Source: Lama glama (lineage: Eukaryota). From it: a DNA stretch of 64,000 nucleotides. The position numbers were made by a program, and so were the translations under genes. The stretch spans positions 59,460,001-59,524,000 of the forward strand of contig CM052817.1 of NCBI GenBank assembly GCA_028534125.1, written 5' to 3'. Below, piece by piece: positions 13,561 through 27,579 of the stretch. How positions within the stretch are numbered: the stretch's first letter is position 1; each line of letters begins with the position of its first letter. The notes beneath the pieces are model-generated. The model had not been told where the DNA came from. It saw nothing but the letters and a program-made list of their open reading frames with translations, and made no database searches.

Positions 13561-15679
13561 TAACTCCATGTTTGGAGACAATTCTTCATGGTTCTCTTGT
13601 GATTTATTTGGTTCGTTATCCCAAGACATACAAAAGTGAAGGAGTTGAGAGAGTGAGATAGGAAAGAGGAAAGCCAAAGATAAGGATGCATAACTGCGGT
13701 TGAGGTTGTTTTGTAACAACAGAGGCTCTGTTTTGCTCCAAACTCTTGTAACACCTTTATTTTACAAAATACACGTTAAGATTTTGTATCTTAAAGATGG
13801 AAGTCCAGGGCATTTCTAAACCAGCACTTAACACTCATTTGGTGAGGAATGTTCCTGGTACCTTAACCACCTTCTACCTTTGGATTGTGCTTAAGTGGAG
13901 GTGGAATTAAAGCATTAGTTTAGGCTCTGGGGCAGAATGTAGTAAGATGCACAGTGTGTGCTCGAGATGAGAGAGTAGCAGCACATGGGCCGAAGGAGCA
14001 GGATAGCATGGCCTGCAACTCACTGCAAGGTATTTGCTTGCCCTGGGCCCAACACAAAACTAACAGTAATCTGAGTCACTCAGCTGCATTTTCAAGTACA
14101 TTTATAGGCTGCCTCGGAAATTGAGAGAAGACCCCAGAACTCGGTTTATCTTTATAAGCAGTGAGAATAAAAAGTGCAATAAGTTTTCTTATACTTTGGA
14201 GAGCTGTCCCCAAATGCCCCAGACTATTAAACCATATTTGTAGCAGGACCTAAATCTTTACAGTACCTATCTCTCATTCTTTGCACATATGTTTTATGCT
14301 ACAAAATCCAAAGTACTTGCTGCTTCTTAACAAGGTCATGTTAAAATGACTCATCAAAATGGTAAGCCAATGTAAGGCAAGAAAAGCCGGGTTCCTGTGA
14401 AGTATCATGGGACTAAGAAGAAGAATTAACATCAACTTAGGACAGGAAGTTAACGTGTACTGCTTTCACTCCCAGGTGAATGTGAATACTTTTAATCCCT
14501 ATTCCTGAAGTTGACTAAAATAAATTATTTCCCAGATCAACAGCCACAATCCATGAAGCAGAGGCTGTCTTGTTCAGTTCCAGTAAAGGCACCATACCCA
14601 GCACTGCAGCTAAGATTTGGGGCTACCACTTAATATTTCATCATTTGCCACAATTCATTTTCTTTTCCCCAGAGGAATGTACATGTGAATTAAACTGGGA
14701 TCTGCTGGGAATCACTGCATTTAATTCTTTGAGGATGAAGATCTTCATTTTCTTGAGGATGGTATTACTCACTGTAAATTTTTCTAGGATCCAGTACTAC
14801 TTCTGATTTTTTTTTTTATCATTTTAGCCTGAAATAGGGGAAGTTTCTGAGGCTTTTGTTTTGCCCTTTTTGACATAGACTCTTAGTACTTATGGTAGAC
14901 TCCACAGTAGACAATCTGCCATTTGTTTAGTATATCATTCCTAAATATGCATTCTTGGAAACCAAGAAATGGTGATATTTCTGTTCTTCTGATATCAGAA
15001 ACAGTTAATAGCTAGCACCCACTACCATGTGAAAGAATTTTGTGTATTATTTTCTAAGTGTACAGTTACTCTACTAAATGGCAGCAGACGTCTATGGAGG
15101 GAGGGTTTACAATAAGTGGTGTCACATGTCCTTTGCTGAAGAGATCTAGGTTCCACTTCAATCCAAATGCTCAGGGTTTGAGCTCAGGTCTGAAAATCAG
15201 GTGAGTTATAACAGTTTTTCATCTGGGGATCCAAGATCAGCCCTCTGTTTGTCAGCTATACTTTTAAGTTACATATGTCCACATCCTATTCAGCAGCCAT
15301 AGTATCAAAAAAAGAACAAGATCTATTAACCATCACCACAGATCTCTGTGGAATAAGGTACCTAGAAGTTGCTCTAGTAATGCTATCAGTAAGGATAATT
15401 ACACCACAGAAAATGTAATTCCACAGAAAAACTTTGAGAAATGACATGAAAACAGGCTTCTCTCAACAAGAGCTAAAGAACTGGGTTTTTTAATTCAGAT
15501 TCCTTAAATCATGACATAGATATGCTCTCAAGGAGTATTAATTATCCTGATATTCAAATCTGTTACCTGTGCAAAGTAACTTCCAAGTCTTCAGTAAAAA
15601 CAAACTTTTAGGCAAAGAAATGCAAGTGCTGTTGGCTAGAAATGGTCTGGAGCTCACTGATAGGACCTAGATGTGATAC

Positions 15680-16215
15680 AGTGTTTGCTACATTTCACCT
15701 CTCAAATATTCAGATCCACTTACTCTTAGTGGTATGGAGATAACCCCGGAGTTGTAAAGCTGTTTACACAAGTCTTGTCTTCCCCGAGGAAAATTTATTT
15801 AGATTCCAATGTGTGAGGACCCAGGACCCCTTATATTTCCAAAGAGACTCTTAGAAGGAGAGAAGGAACAGCTGCTTCTTATCCTCTATAAATGCCAGTT
15901 TTATGTTTTTGTGATCCTCACCTACAGTAGTTCCTGTTACACGTAAGAGGATAGCTGGTTCTTCTCACTTCACCCCAGGGATAAGAATAAGGGTGAAGGG
16001 AGTCATAAGCAGTTAATACTGTATATGTGTAATTATAATTGCCCCTGTTCCAGAATCTTCATGTTGGCATTCAAGATAATATTAATGAATGTAGACATTA
16101 AAAGACTTCATAAAACTCCTTTTTCCTGCCTGTTTGTCTACTGTCAAGAGGAGTCCAAAATGACAAAGCAGTAGCCATGATCCTGATTAAGGGTCAGGAT
16201 TAATGGACCCTTACT
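15680..16215. mobile_element. Probable ancient ERV LTR, family not resolved
   Basis: About 500-bp block with LTR-like composition and a tataaa at about 15887; recognition is tentative. Confidence 0.3.
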
Positions 16216-16789
16216 TGGGCTCCCTGATGGAAGCATGCTTCCCCTCCCCGCTTTCCCCCCAAAGCCACCACTCCCCACACTTTAGGAATTAGTTTCTTCA
16301 TTCCGGTGGTGACTACAGTTGTGCACGTACAAACACAAATTTCCGAATGAGTCACAGGAAGTTATAACAAGAAGAGTAATCTTATTTCCCTGCAATAATG
16401 GTTCTCAAAGCACTGCATTCTATCCTGTCAGAGACACAGAGCACAAATTGGGCTTTGCTTCAAATTATATATTTTATCTTAAAATATAGTAGCCCAACTT
16501 TAGATGTCATACCCAGTTTTGCACATTAGATGAGCATTTACCTAGTCATTAAAATACTTTCCCATTCAGGTTTTCGGAATGATTTTTAGCAAATTTTTCC
16601 TCACAGCCAAAGAGTCTCTTTAATTCTCCCATAGAGTCTTTCTACATTTCACTGCATATCATGAGTTAGCAGTTAGCTGAAATGTGCCTGTCATTTTCTT
16701 CTTTCATTGCAGTGAATAGAAAATGCACATTGATTTTAATAGCCAATGGCATTATATGTCTCATGCGAAGGCATAAACCGGTGTTTCCT

Positions 16790-17185
16790 GGAGTAGTCCG
16801 AAGAGTCTAAGCATATGCTTAACTCTTAGCACAGACTGGTTCAGAAATGAGGTCTAAGCTAATTAACTAGCAGATATCCTAACCATGGGACTAGATATAT
16901 AAATAGTCTGGGAAGGATTTCTGGGAAGGAATCACATTCAAGAGAAAGCAAATATAAAAGAGGGCCTCCATTGTTTTTTGTGTATCATGGGATAAGACAT
17001 GAAGCCAGAAAATTAAAAAAATATACATGAGGGAATCATAATAAAATGGAAGCATCTAACTAGGCTGATCCTGAGACACACATGCCTCTAGATTCCTAGT
17101 TGCAGGCTTAAAATGTCCTCACTCATTGGGCCAGTTTAAGTCAGGTTTTCAGTTTCTTCCAGTGGAAATCATCTTAACTGATGTA
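16790..17185 (+). mobile_element. MaLR LTR (MLT1J-like) fragment
   Basis: 3' end gccagtttaagtcaggttttcagtttcttccagtggaaatcatcttaactgatgta resembles the MLT1 terminus. Confidence 0.55.
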
Positions 17186-17319
17186 TGTGGTATGAATTTT
17201 AACTGTCTAGAAATGAACAACTTTTATCTATTATAAACTATAATACTTAACTGTAAGTAAATTCAAGGGGGAAAAAGGAAACTGCATTTTATTAAACATT
17301 AATTATTATTTTACATATT

Positions 17320-17925
17320 TTTCAGCTTGAGAAATAATTGATACACTGTGTAACATACAACATGATGATTTGATACACAAATATATTGTGAAATGATTGC
17401 CACAATAGGGTTAGTTAACACCTCCCTCACCTCACAATTTCCTTTTTGTGGAGACATTTAAGATTGACTCTCTTAGCAAGTTTTTAGTAAAAATACAGTA
17501 TCATTAACTATATTTACCATGTTTAAACTAGATCCCCAGAACTTATTCAATTTATAACTAGCAGTTTATATGCTTTGATCAATATCTCCTTATTTCCCTC
17601 ACCCCAGCCTCCTGGCAACCACCATTCTACTCTCTATTTTTATGAGTTCACCATTTTCAGATTCCACATATAGGTGAGACCATACAGTATTTGTTCTTGT
17701 CTGTCTGACTCATTTCACTATGTATAGTGCCTTGACGCTCTATCCATGTGTCACAAAAGGCCAACTTTCTTCTTTATTATTTCTAAATCATGTTTATTCC
17801 GGTGTGTGTGCTGTATGTCTGTCTGTGTCACATTTTCTTTATCCTTTCATCCATTATTGGACATAAAGGCTTTTTCCATGTCTTAACTATTGTGAATAAC
17901 GTTGCAATGAACATGCGGGTGCAGA
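17320..17925 (-). mobile_element. LINE-1 3' end (L1MA9-like)
   Basis: tacaacatgatgatttgata.., tagttaacacctcc.tcacctcaca, cctggcaaccaccattctactctct, ttagattccacatataggtgagaccatacagtatttg. Confidence 0.88.
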
Positions 17926-19197
17926 TACATTAAGGTGATAATCATCAAATTCCCTGCTTCCAAAATAAATCCTGAAGTGAGGTCAAATTTCACCTGTTCT
18001 ATGAATTGGTGTCTGATCTTTTACCCATCCCACAATAATTATATTAAGGTGGATCACATGATGTTCCATTTTAGAAAATCAAAAATGGTTATTATACATT
18101 AGCAGTTTCGTATGGAAAAACAAATTTTTAATCTCAAAGTTAAGTGTGTAATACTAAAATAATGCATGGTTTTATATTTTTATGTTTTTATATCTGTTTT
18201 CACCTACAGCCAATGTGGTAGAAATTAGGCAAACAAAAATAAGATCTAGTTTCTTCCTTTAAAGAGCTTACAGCTGATATCTAATAGTAATGATATAAAT
18301 AAATGACGTTATGAATCAGTGAATATATACAGAAAGCAACTGGCTGATAATGGGCAGGTGGAGGAGTAAATAAAACACTAAAAATGAAAAGGAAATCATA
18401 AAAAGTGGGTAAAACAATTATTTCTTACCTGTAAATTATGAAGTTAATGATTTGCAAGTAAAAATAGAGATAATAATACCTTAAGTATATTTTCCCCACC
18501 TTATAATTAGGATCACATAATTTCAGAGTAGATTTTTTGTGTCTTCCATGATGAACCATATAGGGGTTTTTCTCTTAATTTTGTACAGGGAAAATGTTTT
18601 TTTAAGGTGGCAAAGAGATACAGAGCCATACATCTTGGTTACGAGGCACTGTAACAGTTTTCTTTATGGGGGACATACAGGCTCTTTTTTCTGGATGTAA
18701 GTTAAGCAGATAACGTTTAGATGCAGACTTGTTTATAAGCAGGAGCATCTGGTAGTTCTGCAATTTGGTAGTTATATAAAGAAAATATATACTCCACCAT
18801 GAGGAGCATCAGTCTGAATACAGAATTGAGCTACGACACTTGTTCACCATAGAGAGCATGTTATTCTTTTATTAAAGAAGGTGGAATTTAATCTGTTAAC
18901 AGTGGTCTGAACAAGTTCCAGATCTAGAAAGCAACTTACAAAAATTTCAAACTAAAGAACATGCTGTTCATTTTGTTTTCACACTATGTGACATTTTTTT
19001 TCCAGAATGAGAGAAAAACCAAGGGTTCCTGTTAGATTCATAGCCACAGTAAATTCACGCTTGTATCTAATAAGCCAGGATAGTGTGATATATTTGATTT
19101 GGATTTCTCCCACTTTAGACATTTTTATTTACTTCAGAACCTGAGTATTAGGAATATTTGGGTGAATATTAGACATGTAAACTGAAAATATATTTGG

Positions 19198-22100
19198 AGA
19201 AGAAGCGCTTCAGGAATGGCAGAGCAAGACATTTGAAAAGCTGTTTCTCCATAAAAACAATGATAATTCTGGTTAAAACTGACAAAATTAACTAATTCAG
19301 AACTCTAGAAATTAACCAAATGCTTAAAATGACCTGAGAAGACATTTTCAATACAAAGATTAAATCTCAATAAGATGAGTGAGGTATGAGGAGTTACAAG
19401 CCCAACGCCCACCCTTTAATCCCCACTGCACAGCAGTCCTGGAAAGCAATAGCCTGGCTAGTGGTACCGTGAAAACCAGGAGCCTAGCAGCCATTGGAGG
19501 GGGCAGAATGGATTAAGAAATCCCTTTAAAGTTCCCTCCCAGATCACTGTCACTACTTACCTGTCTGTACAGTTCCCCAAAAGCTTAAATCTCAGGATTT
19601 GTCTTCATTTCACTTGACTCAGAGCTTGTTCACGGCAAACAGTCTATACCATGGGTCTTTATTTGAAACAATTAGTGGAAACTGTTTAAAATCTCACCTG
19701 CTTGATGTGACAATAATTGGTACTAAGAAGAGGGTGACCAGAAACTTACAAGTAAAAAATGGAGAATGAGATCAATAGGGGTCTTTTAAACCTCTAACTT
19801 ATTCCTGGAAATCAAGAAGACAATGTCCATGTGAAGGGTTAAGAGGCTTGTGTGTTCACAAAAGAAAAACAAAAGAGTTCATCTCTCAGCTCTGTCTGAT
19901 CTTGAAGTTCTGACAAGGAGGAAATAAATGAAAGCTAAGGTAGAGCTGTAAACTGCCTTCCTACACTGAAAGCAAACAACAATACAAACACAGGGCTCTT
20001 TTCTAAGACTGGGAGACTTACCAGCTCAAAGCATTTAAGGAAATCCCTTTCAAATCATTAGCTAAAAATGAAAATGAAGCTAACCAAGCAGAACCTTCAG
20101 TGTCCACACATGACAAAGAATACAGACCTTATAGAATTAGTCCAGGAAAGGCACACAACAAACAAATAGCAATAATAACAATAAAAACAACTCTACAATC
20201 AGAATAACAGCAAACTTTAGGGGAGAGGAGGATCTGAGTAACCAGATTCCACATTATGCTATTTAAAAAGTGTAAGTTTCCATAAAACTTTATGAGGTAT
20301 AAAAAAAAAAACAAAAAAATCATGACCCGTGTACAGGGGGAGAAAGGACAGTCAATAGAAATTACCCCTGAGAAAGTTCAGACATTGGGCTTAATATTCA
20401 AAGTTTATATAAATATGTTCAAATTGCTAAAGGGAATCATGTTTGATGAAATAAGGAGACCACAGGAACAATGTCTCACCAAACAGATATTAATCAATAT
20501 AGAAACTATCAAAAAAAAACCCAGAAATAAGTCTGTAGTTGACAAGTCTAATAACTAAAATGAAATATTCACTAGAGGCAATAAACAGCAGACTGGAATG
20601 GATAGGAAAAGAAACAGACAGTAAACCTGAGGAGAGGTTAATTAAGGTTATCCAATCTGAAGAATAGAAAGAAAAAAAGAATAAAGAAAAATGAATAGAG
20701 CCTGCATAATTATAGTCTCAAGAGAAAAGAACGGAGAAGAAAGAATATTTGAATAAATATTTGAATAAATAAATAAAGTTCTCCAGATTTGATGAAAAAC
20801 ATTTATCTTCCTATCCAAAAAGTTCAAATAACTCCAAGAAGGATGAATGAGAGAGATCCACATCTAGACATATCATAGTGCAACTGATAAAAGCCAAAGA
20901 CAAAAAGGATGCTAAAAGTGGGAAGAGAAAAGCAACTCATTACATCAGAGGAATTCTCAATAAAATTAACAGCTGACTCTTCATAGGATAATGGATGCCA
21001 GATGGCAGTGGGATGACATATTCAAACTGCTGAAAGAAACGAGTATCAACTGAGAATTCTGTATTCAGCAAAACTATCTTTCAAAATTGAAAGAGACATT
21101 AACACACACCCTAATAAACAAAAACTGAGAGATTTCATCACTAGAAGACTTTCCCCATAAGAAATATTAAAATAAGTCCTTTAGGAAAAGACAATATACA
21201 ATAACTTGAAATCATGGGAAGAAATAAAGAGCACTGGTAAAAGTGATTGCATAGGTAAATATAAAAGATATTATAAATTTATTTTTCTTTGTAATGCTTC
21301 ACTTCAATACAAAGAAATAATTATAAAACTATGTAGATGAACCTACATAAAAGTACTTATTTATATGAAAGTAGGACAAAGAAATGGGGAATTCAGCTAT
21401 ACTGGGGCAAAGTTTTTGCACATTATATAAATTCAGTTTCTCTTAATATAAACCACGTTGCTTTAGTTAAGATGTTAATTATATTCTCAAGGAGATCTAC
21501 CAAGAAAATAACTTTAAAATATGATAAGGATACAAAAGAGAATTAAATACCCTAGAAAATATCTATTTAGCAAAATGAAGTAGTAAAATAAAGGTATAAC
21601 TGTACAAAAATACTAAAAATATGCAGAAAACAAATAGCAAAAATGTCAGACTTAAGTTTCATCTTATCAGTAATTACATTAAATCTAAGTGGATTTAACA
21701 CTCAAAAAAAAAAAGCTGACTCCACAAAAGTGTTAAAAAACATGAACTAACTGCTGTCTCCAAGTTATGTACTTAAGATTCAAAGACATAAACAGGTTGA
21801 AAGTGAAAGGAAGGAAAAAGATGCACCATACAAAGAACTGCAGCTGCTATGTAAGTATCAGGCAAAACAGACTTAAAGACAAAAATGATAACTAGAGATA
21901 AAGTAGGACATTTTATAAAATAAAAGGGTCAATCTACCAGTATGATATAATAATTACCATACATGTACTTAAAATAATGCCCTAAAATATATAAAGCAAA
22001 AACTGACATAATTGAAGGGGAGAAACTATTCAACAATAATCAGCAGAGACTTCAATATTCCACTTTAGATAATGGATAGAAAAAACAGGCAGATTAACAC

Positions 22101-22976
22101 AGAAATAGAAATAGAATTAAATAACAGTAAAAAAATCAAGTAGACTTAGACATCTTTTGAATAATCTATCCAATAATAAAGTGCATACTTCAGAGTATTA
22201 TTCTTAAGTGTATATGGAATGTTCACATGGATAGACCATTTGTTAGGCTTTAAAATTAGCTTCAATAAATTTTAAATGATTTAAATTATACAAAGCATAA
22301 TCTCCAACCACAGTGAAATTAAATGATATCAGTAAAGGAGATCACTTTGGGGATTACACAAATATGTGGAAAATAAACAATGTGCTCTTAAATAAACAAT
22401 GGCTCAAAAGATAGATTGCAAGAGAAATTTGAAAATGCTTTGTGATGAATAAAAAGCACAACATACTGAAATTTGTGAGATTCAGTTAAAGCAGTACATG
22501 GAGAGGAATTTATAGCTATAGTCACTTGTATTAAAAAAGAAAGATCTCAGATGAACACCCCAAATTTTCACCTGAAGAAACCAAAAAGAAGAACAATTGA
22601 AGTCCAAAGCAAGAGAAGGAAATAAATAATAAATAACAGAACAGAAGAGTAACCTGAAAGAAGAAACAAGATTCAAATTACTAAATTCAGAAAGGAAAGA
22701 GGGACTTCACTATTTTCTTTAAAAGATAAAAAAAAGGATTATAAAATAATACCAGTAGGTAATATAAGGTACCACATTTGTATGCAAAAAAATGCAATCA
22801 CTTGGATGAAATGGACAAATTATCAGGAAGAAATAAACTACTGAAATTAACTCAAAAATAAATTAAAAATCTGAATAGATTTATGAAAGTAAAGAGATTC
22901 AATTAGCAATCAGAAAGAAAAGAAAAGAAAATGAAAGAAAGGAAGAAAGGAAGGAAGGAAGGAAGGAAGGAAGGAA

Positions 22977-23057
<81 letters not shown>

Positions 23058-24183
23058 GAAGGAAGAAAAAGGAAAGGAAGGAAGGAAGAAAAAGGAAAGG
23101 AAGGAAGGAAGGAAGGAAGGAAGAAAGAAAGAAAATAACCCCCACGCCCAAATCACTTGCTGGTTTATTCTAATAAATGTGTTTAAAGGAGACATAACAC
23201 CAAATCTTCAGAAATCCTTCTAAAATATAAAAGAGTGAATATTTCCCAAATCATTTAATAAAGCCAGCACCCTATGACCAAAACCAGGCAAAAACATTAC
23301 AATAAAAAAAATCAGACTAACACCCGTTATGAATATAGATGCAGAATTACTCAAACACTAAAAACTGAGTCCAGTAACAAATTTTTAAAAAAAATTACAT
23401 CATGTCAACGTTGGATTTATCTAAGTCAAAGTTGCTTCAAAATACAAAAAACCATCCATATTTACACCACATTACTTAGAAGATCAAAAACACATGGTCA
23501 CTTTAATAGACATAGATTAAAGCATTTGAAAAAAATCAATACCCTTTCATTATAAAAACACCTAACAAAGTAGTAGCAAAAGGGAACTTCCTCAAACAAT
23601 AAAGCATATCTATAGAAAATCTCCAGTTAATATTATACTTAATAGTGAAAGGTTTACCTAAGACAAGGAATAAGACAAGGCTAACATGCACTCCACTTCA
23701 TTTCAACTTTGGAATAAGGGTTCTAACCTGGGTGTTTAGGTAAGAAAAAGAAAACAAAACACCAAGATTGGAAAAGCAGAAGTAAAACTACATCTCTTTG
23801 TAGATGACATGGTCTTGTGTATAGAACAAAGTACTGATCCACGCTACAACACGAATGAACCGTAAAAACATTACACTAAATGAAAGAAACCAATCATAAA
23901 AGGTTGCACATTATATAATGCCATTTATATGAAGTGTCTAGAGACAAATCTATGTAGACAGAAAATAGATAAGTGGTTTCCAGGATCTGGGGGAAAGAAC
24001 AGAGAGGACATGACTATGAAGGAGTATGAGGTTCCCTTTGGAGTTATGAAAATGTTCAAAAATTAGGGAATGAGGATGATTGCACAAGTCTGTGAATACT
24101 TTGAAGACCATTGAATGATACACTATTACAAGGTGAATTTTATGGTATGTGAATTAAATCTTAATAAAATTGTTGGTATAAAA
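19198..24183 (+). mobile_element. LINE-1 with both ends and a target-site duplication; internal deletion after the RT motif (L1MB-like 3' UTR)
   Basis: 5' UTR, ORF1 (about 20300-21200), EN (about 21660), RT FVDDM at 23797-23811, then an abrupt jump to the 3' UTR at about 23828. Flanked by gaaaatatatttgg (19184-19197) and gaaaatataattgg (24184-24197), 13/14 identical. Confidence 0.88.
22912..23135. repeat. Compound (GGAA)n/(GAAA)n polypurine microsatellite inside L1 ORF2
   Basis: Read directly; purine-only from 22933 to 23135. Confidence 0.97.
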
Positions 24184-24531
24184 GAAAATATAATTGGGAA
24201 CAAGAAAGAAGAGTTTTCTATTTTAAAAGGTTGAAATTGGTGGTGAAGTAGAGTCAAGAGTCTTAGTTTGTGTCCTCGATAAAGTAAGAAACTGTCTTTA
24301 CACAGAGATGCAGAAAAATGTATATAAATGTGCTTTATAAGGTATGTGAAGTTATGATAGAGGGGTAACAGGTACTCAGTTCTTCCAGGAAAATGATAGA
24401 AATGTCTCCCAAATTTGTTTTTCTGGCTCCTTCCCCCTCCTGTTGCCCCTGGTGATGTGAGCTCCTCAGAACGTCCTAGCTACACTTATATATGACCAAC
24501 CAGACAACAATGGAGAAAGTGGAAAGACATG

Positions 24532-24760
24532 AAAGGCCACATTATGACTGTGGTTGGCCCCTTCCACCACAAAAAAGTATTTAAATTTTCATTTTATGAC
24601 TGCATTTTTATACAGCCAAATATATTACTAATATATATTAAAACATTTTCATAGACCTACAAGTTTGCTTCTTCTTATTTAAAAGAAATTAAAACATTTT
24701 TGTGGGCTCCTAATAGTAGCATGGGCCTAGGCACTGTGCCTAATGGATAAGTCAGTCCTG
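24532..24760. mobile_element. Non-autonomous hAT (Tip100 group, ORSL-like) DNA transposon
   Basis: Ends aaaggccacattatgact.. and ..ggataagtcagtcctg; 8-bp TSD aagacatg (24524-24531) / aagacagg (24761-24768). Confidence 0.7.
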
Positions 24761-26626
24761 AAGACAGGAGATCAGTACATGGAATGGGAGTCTTGGTACC
24801 AGGTGAGTCTCAGTGCACAGAACTTGGGATGAAAGGAGGTAACATGCAGGCATCAGAGGCATCTGCTATCATCAGTCAAATGAACAAATATTTTTACTTC
24901 AGTCAAATATTATATCTTCTTAGAACATCTTTCACAGAAAAATCATTTAAAAATATTTGGCCTACAAACATAAATCACTAACTATATTTTATAACTTGGA
25001 CAATATGTAATGGGATATGGTTATATTACAAGATAAAATGATGCCTGATATTATTTTCTGACATTGTTTATCTGCTAGTCCTTGAAAATTACATAGAAAG
25101 TAATGTTTTTCTATCTAGCAAAATGAATCAATTCAATAAAAGAGACAGCGCTGTAATAATGCTGATGTCAGAGGATAAGATAACACCTGCTGGGTAGGCT
25201 CCGTCCATGTTATATTAAGAGAAATACACAATGTACACAGTGGTCATAGTTTGACCCAAGGTATAACTGAACCTGTGAAACAGTGAAATGCTCTGTAATA
25301 GAGTTTTACTGTAATTGCTTTGTCAGGTTATTAATCTTATGCTCTACCCTAAAGAGAGAAAGTTTGTCCTGATGCTTGCAGGTGTGGGGAACTGTGAAAG
25401 GCCAAGTGTATATCAGCTAAGGTGGTGCTGACCCAAGGGAAGCTGTAACACTGAACACATGTCAAGGAAGAATTTGATTATAGGCTAGTGAGGGCAGAAT
25501 GAGAAATAATCAGGTAAATGGTATTGATGAGGTGGGGAAAGAGATTAAATGGCAAAAAGTAACTTCATAAAAAGTTATCCTGTACTGAGAGTTTGGGACT
25601 GAAAAAAAAAAAACGAACTTAAGATGTTTTTGTTAAATTTTCCACCAGTTGCTATAAAGTTATAAGGAGCCTCTGAGAGTAAAGGAGGCGACCCCCAGTA
25701 AGTATTTATAGATTTAGAAAGAGAATAAGGTTAAGTTTCCTTGGAGACATCGTTCTTTCAAGCCAGATCTAACTTGGTCTGGAGGAACTTGAATATTATG
25801 AAAATTTAACTGAATGTTGTCTGTTTCTTTTTCCTAAATCAACCAAAAATATTAGAGATTCACAAATTTTAGATGAGAAAGGACTTTTGAGAATTAGGAG
25901 CCCTGCCTCCACATTTTAGACATTATTTCCACTGAAATACATATTTTATAAAAATAATTATACAATGAATATAATTTACATTGTAAGATAAATAGTTAAA
26001 ATATAATTTAACCTACCTTAGAAATAAAATGTAAATTTCTTTAAAATGTCATAGCCATTTACATTTTAAAACATTAAAATTAGTGTGGGGAGATACTTAC
26101 TTGCTCCTTTATTATAGAAACACAAGAGAATCACAACTTCCTAGGAATAATTAAAAAAACTATTATAAAACTATCATTTTGCACTTTATGCTAAAATCTC
26201 TGTCTTTCACATTTTTGAAATGTGTTTTTAAGTTCTATAATACTGTCTAAAGCAGTTGTATTAATTTTTTTAAGTTTGATAAATAACATTAAATATTCTA
26301 GCATATATTGATGTGTACATGTTGGTATACACATGACCACACTTTTGCTTATGAACTTCAAACCACATTCAGTTTTTCATTTGGAACTTGAGACATGTAT
26401 TTTATGAAATACGTAATAACTTGATTCTCCTAGGGCAGTGATTCTTAAAATCTAGTATGAATAAGTATAATTTTGTTTGCTTCGTAACACTATGGATGCT
26501 TGGTTTTATTAAGGATATACCAGGAATCTGCATTCTAACAAGCTGCCCAGTGTCTCTTAATCTGGGAAAAAGGAAGAAGAATATCACATACAATTATGGT
26601 TCAGGCAACGTAGATAATGTCTACTT

Positions 26627-27062
26627 GTATTCAGCAGTTTACCCAACTCTCCACCTTGTCTCCAGTACTTCTGAGGAAAGAAGCACAGAAAACTACATTT
26701 TGCAGACTAAACTCCTAGCTGAGTTCCAACTTAGATTCTGCTAAAGAAAATTGCTTTCACTAGATTTTAAAGTTAGATAAGAACTAGAATTCATCTTAGT
26801 CCCGCTAACAAAAGGAAGCAAGCACACTGACTTTGGCTGAAAGCAAAGTTATGCGATCTCTTCCAGATACTTGCCCATGAATTGATTAAGTCCTGCAGGT
26901 AGCTGAAATTAGTGCTGGTTTCGTATAATTTCTTCAACTTAAAATTTCCTGAGATCACCATGAGCTTTCTCTGACATTTGTTTCCCCTACCTTTCCAAGG
27001 GTATTGAAAGCGCCCAATTAAACCCCTTGACTGGAATATTTTCCTGACAAGACTTTGATACA
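26627..27062 (+). mobile_element. ERVL LTR (LTR33-like)
   Basis: aaaactacattttgcagact..tagattctgc motif and terminal ttcctgacaagactttgataca. Confidence 0.55.
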
Positions 27063-27579
27063 TGTGAGTAAGGCCTGTGAATAAGATGAAAGTTAATGAC
27101 GTGCCTAAATCCTGGTGACTTTTAACCTATACCTGTATGTATGCAAGACTTCACCTCCTGCCTTTCCTTATAGGCATTCCTCTGGAACTTAATACACCAT
27201 ATTCCAAGCATACCTCCCCAACCCCTGATGATTAGAAACTATTCTCAGGCACAGAGGTATTCACGTCACTGTATCAGAGAATTCTCTCTAAACCCAGATG
27301 GGAGAGTCTTTACACCTGGCCTTGAGCTAGAATACGGAAGACTTATTATCTTGGTCACAATGCTATAAATGATGGTGAAATCAAATTTAACAAGGACTAT
27401 TACATCTTCTGTCATACTATAGAAAAAGACAGAGGCTTCTGTGTGTTATTGGAGAACACATACATTTTTTTCATACAGTTGATGTGGGAGTTCAATGTCT
27501 AATAAACCAATGGTTCCTAATATTATTACTAGGCATAAGAATCATCCAAAATTTGTATTAGAAGTAGTTAGAATGATAC

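Noticed and set aside
16180..16213. Two overlapping 7-8 bp inverted repeats (alternative hairpins)
   Set aside because: Short stems at the edge of a probable LTR, with no supporting context.
18420..18520. Minus-strand CAG|GTAAGA motif
   Set aside because: Lies in MIR-core-like relic sequence, which commonly yields this motif.
22899..23195. K/E/R-rich and F/L/S-rich ORFs
   Set aside because: Translations of the GAAA/GGAA microsatellite.
26490..26565. Minus-strand exon-like segment after a strong polypyrimidine tract
   Set aside because: Overlaps a MER5-like fragment (caggaatctgcattctaacaagc) and the donor is weak.
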